This document shows, in pieces, positions 7,066-16,921 of a stretch of 22,482 bases of DNA (position 1 is the stretch's first letter; every line of letters begins with the position of its first letter). Both the position numbers and the translations under genes were made by a program. A model generated the notes under the pieces. The model was not told where the DNA came from, made no database searches, and saw only the letters and a list, made by a program, of their open reading frames with translations. Where the stretch lies: IMG/VR virus record IMGVR_UViG_2556921039_000001. One strand, written 5' to 3'. The DNA is from a virus.

Positions 7066-10000
7066 ATGGTTAATATAGATTTTCCAAATATAAGGAAGCA
7101 TGACGGAAGTCAAGATAAAGGATTTGAAGAATTAGTTTGTCAGCTTGCTCATCTAAAACCACCAGATAATGCTCAATATTTTGTTAGAAAAGAGGGCGAT
7201 GGCGGTGACGCAGGTGTTGAATGTTATTGGAAATTAAATGATGAAACAGAACATGCATGGCAAGCAAAATACTTTTTGAATGTTATGACTGACAGTCAAT
7301 GGAGTCAAATTTCCAAATCAGTTGAGACTGCATTGGAGAAGCACCCTAAACTGACAAAGTATTATATTTGCTTACCTAGGGATTGGACAGACAGCCGGAA
7401 GACAGTTAAAGGAAAAACTGTTAACTCTTCGTGGGATAAGTGGGTTGAACATGTAAAGTCATGGGAAGAATTAGCCAGTAAAAAGGGAATGAAAGTTAAA
7501 TTTGAATATTGGTGCAAGCATGAAATAAGCCAAATGTTGCAAGTAGACAAACCGGAATTTGCAGGAAGAGCACTCTATTGGTTTAATGAACCAATTATCA
7601 GTACTGAAATTCTTTTGAGAATCGCACAAAAATCAAAAGAAACATTAGGAGAACGATTTACACCTGAATTTCATGTTGAACTTCCAATTGCTAATAAATT
7701 TGATTGTTTAGGATTAACAAATAGATGGAAAAAACAACTTAGGGGTCAATGCAATATTATAAGTGAGATTAGTGAGGAGTACAAAAGGATATTTAAACAT
7801 AGAATTGATTCATTTAGTGATAAAACTATTTGGAATAAGTTAAATGAAAATATTGAAGAATTCTATAGTGAATTCTTGTCTACTGTATATAGAGGAGAGA
7901 TTTTTCAAAGCATTGATAGATTAGTTAGCCTCACTGAAACTATATATAAAGAAGTAAATAGTTGCAATGAAACTATTTTTGAAGCTTCATATAAGGAAAA
8001 TGACACTGAATTAAAAAAGAAATTGCAAGAAATATCATATGATTTACGTAAAATATCTAAAAAAATAGATGATATCAATGACTTTTTAAATGATAAAGCC
8101 ATTTCTGCTGGAAAAAATAAATCAATGTTACTATTAGGTGAAGCTGGTATTGGAAAGTCACACTTATTGTGTGATATATCCTTGAAAAGACTTGATGAAG
8201 GCTTTCCAACTTTGTTTTTATTAGGGCAACATTATTTAGGAGGTAATCCACTTGACTTCATATGTTCTGAGTTAGGGTTACCAAAATATCCATATCGAAC
8301 TGTTTTAGGAGCTTTAGATTCTTTGGGTGAAAGCAAAGATACAAGATTATTAATAGTAATCGATGCAATAAATGAAGGAATTAATAGAGAAGCTTGGCAT
8401 GATAATATCATACAATTTTTAACTGAACTTGAAGATTATCAACACATTGCAGTTGTTTTGAGTTGTAGAAGTACATACAAAGATTATTTAATACCAGAAA
8501 ATGATAATAAACTAGTTGAAATAGAACATTATGGGTTTCGCGGATATGAGCATAGAGCTGCATTTAAGTATTTGGCAAAACAAGGAATTTCAAAACCGGG
8601 CACCCCCATCCTAACCCCTGAATTTACGAATCCATTATTTCTAAAAACATGTTGTAAAGCTATAAAGGGAATGGGAGAAAATAAATTTCCTAAAGGTCTA
8701 AATGGTTTCAATAAATTATATGAATTTTACATTGAAAGTGCTGAACGAGTTATTAGCAGAAAGAAAAGATATAGAAGTAGTGAACATATTGTGGTAGAAG
8801 CAATTAGGAGATTTGTAAGTGAATTATATCCAGATTATATATCGGGGTTACCCATTCGTGAAGCTAGAGAGATAATAACGAAAATAGATCCCAAACCTAA
8901 TATTGGAGAAAGTCTTTTTGAATTGCTCATTGACGAAGGTGTACTTGCTTTTGACGTAATACCCAGTCATGTTGAAAAAGAACGGGGAATTGAGGTTGTT
9001 AGATTTACATATGAGCGTTTTAGTGATTATGCAATAGCAATGTATATAATAGAAAATTGTGCAACAGAAGAAGATATAGGTAAATTATTTTTGCCAGATG
9101 GTACAATTGGAAAAATAATTAATGAAAATAACAAGTATAAATACAGTGGAATAATTGAGGCATTAGGAATTAGTATTCCTGAGAAATTTAATAAAGAGTT
9201 TCTTGAATTTATGGAATTTGATGATGAAGAAGAATATGAATATAATTGGTTTTTTGAAAAAACATTTACAAATGTAATTTTATGGAGAACAGGCAAATCA
9301 GTTACTGAAAAATCACTTGAGATGCTTAATAAAGTACAGCATTATAGCTATAACAATCAGTCTTTAGATATTCTTTTGGCATTATCAACTGAGCCTGAAC
9401 ATCCATGGAATGCAGATTTTTTAGATGCAAATTTAAGTAGGATGGATATGCCAAAAAGAGATGCCTTTTGGTCTACTTATGTTGCAATAAATGATCATTC
9501 TGAAAATGAATATGGCGAAGAAACTGTTGTAAGAACATTAATTGACTGGTCATTGAATGCTGAATTGGAAGAAGTAGAATTAGAGAGGTTACGATTGACA
9601 GCAGTTGTTTTACTATGGATGACAACGACATCTAATAGAAAAGTACGTGATCAAGCCACTAAATCATTAGCCCGTGTGTTATATCATATTCCTCAACACA
9701 TAGTGAGTTTTATAGAAAAATTTAATAACTGTGATGATGTTTATCTTGTAGAAAGGCTTTATGCATCCATTTATGGTGTGGTTGTACATTTAGATAGTAA
9801 TCTAATTATTAAAGATGTATCGGTTTGTGTATATAATCATCAATTTAAAGATTACAGGCCATATCCTGATATCTTATTGAGAGATTATGCAAGAGGAATA
9901 ATGGAATTTGCATATCACAAAAATCTTTTAAATGATGTTCTGGATAATCCCGAAATATTTAGACCACCTTATTTTAGTGATTGGCCTATAGAAAATCCGT

Positions 10001-11631
10001 CAAAAGAGGAAATTAATAAGATTATTGGCGATGAATTTTCGTCTTCAATAAAAAGTTCTCTTATGGGCTTTCCAGGGGATTTTGGTAACTACACAATGAG
10101 TTGTGTCCATGATTGGTCTCCAACAGCTATTACTGAAGAGAAGCCACAGACTGGAATTGAATTGAAACGAATATTCGCAGAGAAATTGCCGAACAAATTG
10201 CGAATTAGATATGAAAAATATTTAGATGATCAAGTGAAAGCTAATAGGTTAAGTGAGGAAATAGATATTGAAAGTTGGTTAGAGCAATTATCTAAGGAAG
10301 CATGGGACGAAACAGATAGTGAAAATGAAGAAAATATAGAAGAAGATTCATGGGAGTGTCTTAAGGAAGACATAAACAATGTTATTAATGAAATTGATAA
10401 GGAAGAATTCCGTTGGTTAAATGGTTTGAATAACGGGGAAAGACCTGCAGCATTTAGTAGAAAATGGGCACAAAGGTGGGTTTGTAAAAAAGCATATGAA
10501 TTAGGATGGTCAGATGAATTATTTGCAGATTTTGAGAAAATGTATTCTAATGGAGGAGGTCACGGTAGAGAAGGCGGAAGGATAGAACGCATAGGAAAAA
10601 AATATCAATGGATTGCATTTCACGAGATTCTGGCAAGAATGTCTGATAATTTGATATGGATTGATCGTGGATATAGTGATTTAGACGATCATAAATTTTT
10701 TGGACCATGGCAGATTCATAAAAGAGATATTGATCCAACGATATGGCTTAGCAAAACAGGGGATAGTGGATGGGATAAATGGGACAAAATGTTTTGGTGG
10801 CAACCATATAAATTTCCATTTGTTGAAGATAAACTAGAAGCTCAAATTGAATGGCTTTGGGATAAGTCAATAGTCCCCCCATTTAAGCAACTATTAACTG
10901 TTACTAATCCACAAGATAATATTCAATGGATAGTGTTGCAAGGATTTTCGAAATGGGATCAGGAACCGCTTAGCCAAAAAGATGTTATACCAAAACAAGA
11001 TGGCTGGTATAGGATTAATTCATGCATTATCCATAAAAATGATTATAAGAATTTAAAGTCTTATATGAAAGGTAAACCTTTATGTGATCCAGATATTGTT
11101 GGCATTTCTTCTACAGGTAATCAAGGGTACTTTGGAGAATATTCTTGGCATCCATACTATGAAAATATAGCTGAATGGAGAAATGAAGATGATGAATGGG
11201 ATAGAGGAATAAACGTAGAATATCATGTTCCTGTGTTAGAGTATGAATGGGAAAGTGGAAGTGTAGATCATTCTATTGATGAATCAATAAGATTCTATAT
11301 GCCGTCTCCTAAATTAATTAATGATTTAAATTTAGTTAATAGTATGAACCCTGGAAAATGGATAAATGGAAAAGGAGAATTAGTATTTATTGATCCGAGC
11401 ACTATGTATGAAGGACCATCTTACGGTTTAATTAGAAAAGATATAATGGAACAGTGGCTCGAAGAAAATGATCTACAGATTGTTTGGCTAATTGGTGGAG
11501 AAAAGCAATTGTTTACCTTTAGAGCTGATAAATTTTTTGGAAGATTAGTTTATAGTGGTATTTTTACTTTATTGAATGATGAATTAAAAGGTGAATTATG
11601 GTTTGAAGAAGAGAAAGGGCGGAATAGATGA
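7066..11631 (+). CDS. avs2: AVAST type 2 anti-phage STAND NTPase with N-terminal Mrr-like/PD-(D/E)xK nuclease-type domain
   Basis: Start moved to ATG 7066 (RBS AAGGAGG). N-terminus GFEELVCQL...GDAGVE...WQAKYF; Walker A GEAGIGKS (8137-8160); Walker B LLIVIDAINE; STAND motifs NPLFL and FTYERFSDY; C-terminal ERIGKKYQWIAFHEILA, which I recall as typical of Avs2; ~1521 aa. Confidence 0.82.
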   Translation: MVNIDFPNIRKHDGSQDKGFEELVCQLAHLKPPDNAQYFVRKEGDGGDAGVECYWKLNDETEHAWQAKYFLNVMTDSQWSQISKSVETALEKHPKLTKYYICLPRDWTDSRKTVKGKTVNSSWDKWVEHVKSWEELASKKGMKVKFEYWCKHEISQMLQVDKPEFAGRALYWFNEPIISTEILLRIAQKSKETLGERFTPEFHVELPIANKFDCLGLTNRWKKQLRGQCNIISEISEEYKRIFKHRIDSFSDKTIWNKLNENIEEFYSEFLSTVYRGEIFQSIDRLVSLTETIYKEVNSCNETIFEASYKENDTELKKKLQEISYDLRKISKKIDDINDFLNDKAISAGKNKSMLLLGEAGIGKSHLLCDISLKRLDEGFPTLFLLGQHYLGGNPLDFICSELGLPKYPYRTVLGALDSLGESKDTRLLIVIDAINEGINREAWHDNIIQFLTELEDYQHIAVVLSCRSTYKDYLIPENDNKLVEIEHYGFRGYEHRAAFKYLAKQGISKPGTPILTPEFTNPLFLKTCCKAIKGMGENKFPKGLNGFNKLYEFYIESAERVISRKKRYRSSEHIVVEAIRRFVSELYPDYISGLPIREAREIITKIDPKPNIGESLFELLIDEGVLAFDVIPSHVEKERGIEVVRFTYERFSDYAIAMYIIENCATEEDIGKLFLPDGTIGKIINENNKYKYSGIIEALGISIPEKFNKEFLEFMEFDDEEEYEYNWFFEKTFTNVILWRTGKSVTEKSLEMLNKVQHYSYNNQSLDILLALSTEPEHPWNADFLDANLSRMDMPKRDAFWSTYVAINDHSENEYGEETVVRTLIDWSLNAELEEVELERLRLTAVVLLWMTTTSNRKVRDQATKSLARVLYHIPQHIVSFIEKFNNCDDVYLVERLYASIYGVVVHLDSNLIIKDVSVCVYNHQFKDYRPYPDILLRDYARGIMEFAYHKNLLNDVLDNPEIFRPPYFSDWPIENPSKEEINKIIGDEFSSSIKSSLMGFPGDFGNYTMSCVHDWSPTAITEEKPQTGIELKRIFAEKLPNKLRIRYEKYLDDQVKANRLSEEIDIESWLEQLSKEAWDETDSENEENIEEDSWECLKEDINNVINEIDKEEFRWLNGLNNGERPAAFSRKWAQRWVCKKAYELGWSDELFADFEKMYSNGGGHGREGGRIERIGKKYQWIAFHEILARMSDNLIWIDRGYSDLDDHKFFGPWQIHKRDIDPTIWLSKTGDSGWDKWDKMFWWQPYKFPFVEDKLEAQIEWLWDKSIVPPFKQLLTVTNPQDNIQWIVLQGFSKWDQEPLSQKDVIPKQDGWYRINSCIIHKNDYKNLKSYMKGKPLCDPDIVGISSTGNQGYFGEYSWHPYYENIAEWRNEDDEWDRGINVEYHVPVLEYEWESGSVDHSIDESIRFYMPSPKLINDLNLVNSMNPGKWINGKGELVFIDPSTMYEGPSYGLIRKDIMEQWLEENDLQIVWLIGGEKQLFTFRADKFFGRLVYSGIFTLLNDELKGELWFEEEKGRNR

Positions 11632-11699
11632 TGTTGGTATACATTGAATATGTTCTGTGATGCGCTAATAAATTTATTTAAGCAATATATATTTTTCTG

Positions 11700-11735
11700 A
11701 AAAAACACCTGCATTATAAGCTAGGTGTTTTTTTA
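11700..11735. terminator. Intrinsic (possibly bidirectional) terminator at the right edge of the cargo
   Basis: AAAAACACCT-gcattataagct-AGGTGTTTTT: perfect 10-bp arms with A and T tracts. Confidence 0.75.
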
Positions 11736-11759
11736 TGCCAACTTTTCAGGAGGTGAACT

Positions 11760-12083
11760 ATGCAAGACAATGAAAAACACACCCTATATATCCCCCAGGG
11801 ATTAAAAACACAAGTAGAAATCTTTGATGGATTCGGAAAGGAGGAATTATTCAAAACAATCATCATTACATTAATTGCAGCGTTGGTTGATGGTGTTATC
11901 TACTTGATAACTAAAAATACTGCAATTACCGTGGTTTTTATATTAACTGCTATTGCAGGAAGCGTAATGATGCTTACTAAGGACAAAACAAACATATCGG
12001 TGGTGGATCAGATAGGATTTATGATTAGGTTTTTCAGGTCCCAAAAGAAGTATAAGTACAAATATTTAGATGAATGGAAGTGA
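11760..12083 (+). CDS. PrgI/VirB3-like conjugation membrane protein
   Basis: 107 aa; N-terminal YIP...EIFDGFG, two TM helices, basic/aromatic tail (RFFRSQKKYKYKY); RBS AGGAGGTGA. Confidence 0.65.
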   Translation: MQDNEKHTLYIPQGLKTQVEIFDGFGKEELFKTIIITLIAALVDGVIYLITKNTAITVVFILTAIAGSVMMLTKDKTNISVVDQIGFMIRFFRSQKKYKYKYLDEWK

Positions 12084-12099
12084 AGTCGGTGACAACAAT

Positions 12100-12366
12100 A
12101 TGAAAGAAGAAATGATGAAATACAAATTGGCAGGAAACTTAGAAACCACAATCTCAGGAAAGTACATTTACACCCTACTCAGTGAATTGGCAAATGAAAG
12201 CGGAGAAGTTCAAATACCGGTCGGTAAAATCAGCAGAACACTTAAGATTGGCAAGAATACGGTAAGGAGAAATTTACACAGGCTTGAGGAAGCCGGATAT
12301 ATTCATATTAGGTCTGTGTATCGTGAGGATGGCGGTCGGGCTGCCAACATATATATCATTAAATGA
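12100..12366 (+). CDS. Small winged-HTH DNA-binding protein
   Basis: KISRTLKIGKNTVRRNLHRLEEAGYI plus wing REDGGRAANIY; start likely ATG 12100 (GGTGA upstream); ATGA overlap with the next gene. Confidence 0.75.
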   Translation: MKEEMMKYKLAGNLETTISGKYIYTLLSELANESGEVQIPVGKISRTLKIGKNTVRRNLHRLEEAGYIHIRSVYREDGGRAANIYIIK

Positions 12367-12932
12367 TGAATATGTTAACATGGCTGATAATTGCCTTGGT
12401 AATGGGCATTTTAACAGATATTTTGCTGATGTATCTGTTACAGCAAAAACAATATCCGTTTTCAGTAATATTGAGTGTTATCGCAATGCTGGCTCTTTTT
12501 AAGACCTTTGGTGAAGAAATAATCATCATCAAAGGTTTTTTGTTTGCCCAAATACTAATCTTTGCCGGTTGCTATGATGCAAAGACAAAAATCATTCCCG
12601 ATATGGTCCACATTTTTATATTGATCATAGGTCTGATTAACTTTTCGCCGGTACAGTCCCTGGCAGGTATTTTAATTGTACCTATTCCCTACATGATAAC
12701 TGCCATTATAAAGCCGAAAGGCATTGGCGGTGGGGATATAAAACTGATGGCAGCCAGCGGATTCTTACTTGCCATTAAAGGAGGCTTCACTGCAAGTATT
12801 ATCGGACTTGTATTGGCTGTGATTGTAAACGGAGTATATTACAAAATCAAAGCCAAGGATAAAAATATTTCTTTTGCTCTTGCACCCTATTTATCAATCG
12901 GGTGTTTTATTGCATACCTTAAAATAATGTAA
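12363..12932 (+). CDS. A24 family prepilin peptidase (CpaA/TadV-like)
   Basis: Polytopic membrane protein with both catalytic Asp motifs (YDAKTKIIPD and GIGGGDIKL) and C-terminal LAPYLSIG; no methyltransferase Cys domain. Confidence 0.9.
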   Translation: MMNMLTWLIIALVMGILTDILLMYLLQQKQYPFSVILSVIAMLALFKTFGEEIIIIKGFLFAQILIFAGCYDAKTKIIPDMVHIFILIIGLINFSPVQSLAGILIVPIPYMITAIIKPKGIGGGDIKLMAASGFLLAIKGGFTASIIGLVLAVIVNGVYYKIKAKDKNISFALAPYLSIGCFIAYLKIM

Positions 12933-12946
12933 TGGAGGTTGTTTCA

Positions 12947-13762
12947 ATGAAGAATATTTTGAGAAACAGAACAGTATTAGGTCTTACATGCATCGTGTTG
13001 TCGCTGATTATCTGTTTTGCCTTAACGCCAATGTTTAATAAGGCGTTACAGGCCAAAACAGAAGTAGTAAGAATAACAAAAGACGTTTCAAAAGGTGAAT
13101 TGATAACCAATGCACAAGTGGAAGTCGTAGAAGTCGGCAGATATAACCTGCCCGGATCAGTGCTGAAAAACAAGGATAATGTAGTCGGCAAATATGCAAA
13201 AGCAGATTTATTCAAAGGTGACTATGTACTAAATACAAAGGTTTCTGATAATGCATTAGCGGAAAATGAATACTTATATGAGTTTAATGGAGCACAAAGA
13301 GCCATATCAGTAACTATTAAATCCTTTGCTACAGGTTTATCCGGGAAGCTTGAAAAAGGGGATATAGTATCCATTATTGCAGTTGATTACGGAGAATTCA
13401 GAGAAACGGTTGTACCTGTTGAACTTCAATACGTTAAGGTTCTTGCGGTAACTAATAATCAAGGCTTAGATAAAACCAGTCATATGACAGGCGAAGAAGG
13501 GGAACTGCCTTCTACTGTAACATTAGCTGTTAACCCAACACAAGCAAGACTGCTTGCAGAACTTGAAGAAAAAAGTAAAATACATTTTACTTTGGTTTAC
13601 AGGGGAAGCCAAGAAAATGCACAAAAATTTTTGGATGAGCAGGAGGGAGTTATTAATAGGATTTTGCATCCCGAATTAGAAGCAGACGATAAATCAGAGG
13701 ATAATCTCGTGTCCGGGCTAGAATCTGAAAAAACGGAGGGAGAAATAATCAATGAAGAATAA
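12947..13762 (+). CDS. cpaB: Flp pilus assembly protein CpaB/RcpC (SAF domain)
   Basis: N-terminal TM; SAF-like VVRITKDVSKGELIT...VVGKYA; RcpC-like RAISVTI...GLSGKLEKGDIVSII...VKVLAV...TVTLAV. Start ATG 12947 with RBS GGAGG. Confidence 0.85.
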   Translation: MKNILRNRTVLGLTCIVLSLIICFALTPMFNKALQAKTEVVRITKDVSKGELITNAQVEVVEVGRYNLPGSVLKNKDNVVGKYAKADLFKGDYVLNTKVSDNALAENEYLYEFNGAQRAISVTIKSFATGLSGKLEKGDIVSIIAVDYGEFRETVVPVELQYVKVLAVTNNQGLDKTSHMTGEEGELPSTVTLAVNPTQARLLAELEEKSKIHFTLVYRGSQENAQKFLDEQEGVINRILHPELEADDKSEDNLVSGLESEKTEGEIINEE

Positions 13763-14603
13763 TCAAATAATTGCAGTTTGGGGTAATCCATCGTCAGGAA
13801 AAACAGTTACAAGTATTAAGATGGCCAGAGAACTAGCTTTAAAAAAGAAAAATGTCATACTGGTGTTCTGTGATACTATTGCTCCTGATTTAATGATGGT
13901 GCTTCCAGATAAAAATACAGATGAAAAGTCTTTGGGGAGCTTACTTTCGGCTCCAGAAATTACTCAAGAAAAGATTTTATCGAAATGTATTACACTGGAC
14001 AAAAATGAGTATATTAGCCTGCTTGGATACTCACAGGGGGAAAATAGCTTTACTTATGCTAAATATGCTAAAGACAGAGCAGTAGATTTATTAATACTTT
14101 TACGTCATATTGCAGATTATGTAGTAGTTGATTGTTCGGCGTTTTTCATTTCTGATCTGCTTTCAGTAACTGCCATTGAATTAGCGGACAGTGTGATTCG
14201 TTTATCAAATTGTAATTTAAAGGCATTGTCCTATTTCAATTCATCCCTGCCCCTGCTTGCTGACAGACGCTTTAATACAGACAGGCATATCAAAGTGCTG
14301 TCTAAAGTAAAAGCAGATGAACCCAGTGAGCTGATGGCAGAAAAATATAATGGGGTTATGTATGAACTGCCTTATATAGAGGAAATTGTAGAACAGTATT
14401 TAACCGGACGGTTGTTTGGAACCCTTGAATCAAAGCAGAGTATCAAATATACGCAAACAATTCAACAGATAATTACTTCTGTATTGAATAAAAACTTGGA
14501 AGTGAAACAAGAACCAAAACCTGCTAAAACAAAAAAAATAAAAGAGGCAGGAGCTTCATTTTTAGATAAAGTCTTGATGGGCATGAGAGGAGGCAGGTCA
14601 TGA
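13752..14603 (+). CDS. ParA/MinD-like ATPase (CpaE/TadZ-like)
   Basis: IIAVWGNPSSGKT Walker A lacking the ParA signature Lys; DYVVVDC; lies between cpaB and cpaF. Confidence 0.75.
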   Translation: MKNNQIIAVWGNPSSGKTVTSIKMARELALKKKNVILVFCDTIAPDLMMVLPDKNTDEKSLGSLLSAPEITQEKILSKCITLDKNEYISLLGYSQGENSFTYAKYAKDRAVDLLILLRHIADYVVVDCSAFFISDLLSVTAIELADSVIRLSNCNLKALSYFNSSLPLLADRRFNTDRHIKVLSKVKADEPSELMAEKYNGVMYELPYIEEIVEQYLTGRLFGTLESKQSIKYTQTIQQIITSVLNKNLEVKQEPKPAKTKKIKEAGASFLDKVLMGMRGGRS

Positions 14604-15964
14604 ACAATGCGGCAATATTTTTCAATACAGGGCAGAATATAAAGCAGTTTGCCGACATACTTCAGGAAGTTCAAGAGTATATTTCAAGCAAATATTCTAC
14701 CCTTATATCCAGTAACCCAAAAGAGCAGCGGGAGCAGATCAAATCATATATTGCAAAATATCTGATGGACTATTCTCTTGGGGTAGAAGGACTGTCCTTC
14801 GATGAGCTTGTAGAAAAATTATACTCAGAGATGGCAGAGTTTTCATTCCTGACAAAATATCTGTTTAGAAATGATATAGAAGAAATCAATATCAACCATT
14901 GGAGAGACATTAAAATAACCTACACCAATGGTCAAATACTGCCTGCAAAAGAAAAATTCAATTCGCCTTCCCATGCCATTGATGTAATAAGGCGGCTGCT
15001 TCATAAATCCGGGATGATATTAGATAACTCACAGCCTATTGTAAGAGGTCATTTATCAAATAAAATCAGAATAACCGTGTTCGGCAATGGTATTATTGAT
15101 GAGGACAGCGGTGTTGCCGCATCCATCCGTATTGTCAATCCGCAAAAGTTAACCAAAGAAGATTTTATTAGGCATGGTACAGCAACAGAAGAAATGCTTG
15201 ATTTTTTAAGTATTTGCCTTAGATACGGTTTAAGCATGTGTGTTACTGGTGCAACCAGTTCCGGGAAAACCACTTTGATGAGCTGGCTGTTATCCACCAT
15301 CCCTGACGATAAGCGTATCTTTACTATAGAAAACGGTACACGGGAATTTAACCTCGTTAAAGAAGATGAAAAGGGTAATATCATCAATAATGTGGTGCAT
15401 ACCGTTACTCGTTACAGTGAGGATAAAAGACAAAATATCGATCAGGAAAAACTTCTTGAAAGTGCATTGACAGCAAATCCGGACTATATATGTGTTGCGG
15501 AAATGAAAGGGGATGAATCTTTTGCAGCCCAGGAAGCGGCAAGAACCGGACATGCAGTCATAACAACCACTCATGCAAATAGCTGTGAAGCAACATATTT
15601 CAGAATAGTAACGCTATGTAAAATGAAATATGATATTAATGATGATACCTTGTATTCATTGGTTACAGAAGCCTTTCCAATTGTCCTGTTTTCTAAAAAA
15701 CTTGAAGATAACTCAAGAAAAATAATGGAAATAACAGAGTGTGAAATTATGCCCGATGGAAGAAGGCAGCTTCACACTCTTTTTCGTTTTAATATTAAAG
15801 AAAACAAAGCCGTAGATGGAAAGCTAAAGATAATCGGAAATTATAAGAAAGTAAACAACCTATCAAAGAGCCTGCAAAAAAGGCTGCTTGAAAATGGTAT
15901 GCCTTTAACCATATTAGAGCAGTTACTACTCCAAGAGGAAGGAAAGGAAGGTGAAATGAAGTGA
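14600..15964 (+). CDS. cpaF: Pilus assembly ATPase CpaF/TadA (VirB11 family)
   Basis: Walker A GATSSGKTT; Asp box RIFTIENGTRE; Walker B YICVAEMKG; His box TGHAVITTTHANS. Confidence 0.9.
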   Translation: MNNAAIFFNTGQNIKQFADILQEVQEYISSKYSTLISSNPKEQREQIKSYIAKYLMDYSLGVEGLSFDELVEKLYSEMAEFSFLTKYLFRNDIEEININHWRDIKITYTNGQILPAKEKFNSPSHAIDVIRRLLHKSGMILDNSQPIVRGHLSNKIRITVFGNGIIDEDSGVAASIRIVNPQKLTKEDFIRHGTATEEMLDFLSICLRYGLSMCVTGATSSGKTTLMSWLLSTIPDDKRIFTIENGTREFNLVKEDEKGNIINNVVHTVTRYSEDKRQNIDQEKLLESALTANPDYICVAEMKGDESFAAQEAARTGHAVITTTHANSCEATYFRIVTLCKMKYDINDDTLYSLVTEAFPIVLFSKKLEDNSRKIMEITECEIMPDGRRQLHTLFRFNIKENKAVDGKLKIIGNYKKVNNLSKSLQKRLLENGMPLTILEQLLLQEEGKEGEMK

Positions 15965-16902
15965 CCTTATTAAATCTAATTGCATTCTTAGGGCTTGTGG
16001 CAGGTAGCTTTATACTCCTTTCCTTATCACCCTTTGAATTTGCAGAAGCTCTGTCAAAACCCTTTAAAGAGAATAAGAAAACCATAAAATCAAGGGTTAA
16101 AGAAGCTATAAATAAGAAGAAGCCAAAAGGGTTGAAACTTCTAGTAAAAGAGACCAAGGAAATTCTAGAAGCTACTGATAAGAGTAATCAGTTTTCAAGC
16201 TTATGTATAGCATCTTTTGCTTTATTTATTTTGGGTGTAATGATAGCAATATCCATGAATAACTTCTTTTTAATTCCAGTACTTGCTGGAGGATTTTCGC
16301 TCATACCCTTTTGGTATATTAAATTTACAGCTACATTTTACAAGAAACAGTTAAATGCAGAGCTTGAAACAGCACTTTCTGTAATTACTACATCCTATCT
16401 AAGAAGTGAAAGTATTATCACAGCAGTTGACGAAAATGTAGCTTATATTAATCCACCGGTTGCAGATGTTTTTAAGAGCTTTTTGACACAAACAAAGCTT
16501 ATCAATTCAAATATTAAAATGGCTCTGGAAAATTTAAAGCTAAAAATAGATAATGATGTATTCAGGGAATGGGTAGATACTGTTATTGTTTGCCAAGAGG
16601 ACAAAAACTTAAAAAATACCTTAAATCCAATCGTATCGAAACTTTCAGATATGCGCATTGTGGGAGCGGAGCTGGATTATTTGCTTTATGAGCCCATGAA
16701 AGAGTTTATCACCATGACAATACTTCTTGTAGGAAATATTCCACTGATGTATTTCTTGAATAAATCCTGGTATGAAACCTTGATGTATACAGCTATAGGT
16801 AAAGCAATACTGGCAATATGTGCCATGGCAATATTTATCTCTTTGGCAGCGGTGATTAAACTGACCAAACCTGTTGAATATCGGAAAGTCCAACAAGATT
16901 AA
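15961..16902 (+). CDS. tadB: TadB-like inner membrane platform protein (T2SS-F fold)
   Basis: TM-cytoplasmic-TM layout (LETALSVITTSY...C-terminal TM pair); follows cpaF with a GTGA overlap. Confidence 0.7.
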   Translation: MTLLNLIAFLGLVAGSFILLSLSPFEFAEALSKPFKENKKTIKSRVKEAINKKKPKGLKLLVKETKEILEATDKSNQFSSLCIASFALFILGVMIAISMNNFFLIPVLAGGFSLIPFWYIKFTATFYKKQLNAELETALSVITTSYLRSESIITAVDENVAYINPPVADVFKSFLTQTKLINSNIKMALENLKLKIDNDVFREWVDTVIVCQEDKNLKNTLNPIVSKLSDMRIVGAELDYLLYEPMKEFITMTILLVGNIPLMYFLNKSWYETLMYTAIGKAILAICAMAIFISLAAVIKLTKPVEYRKVQQD

Positions 16903-16921
16903 AGGGAATGGAGGTGACAAG

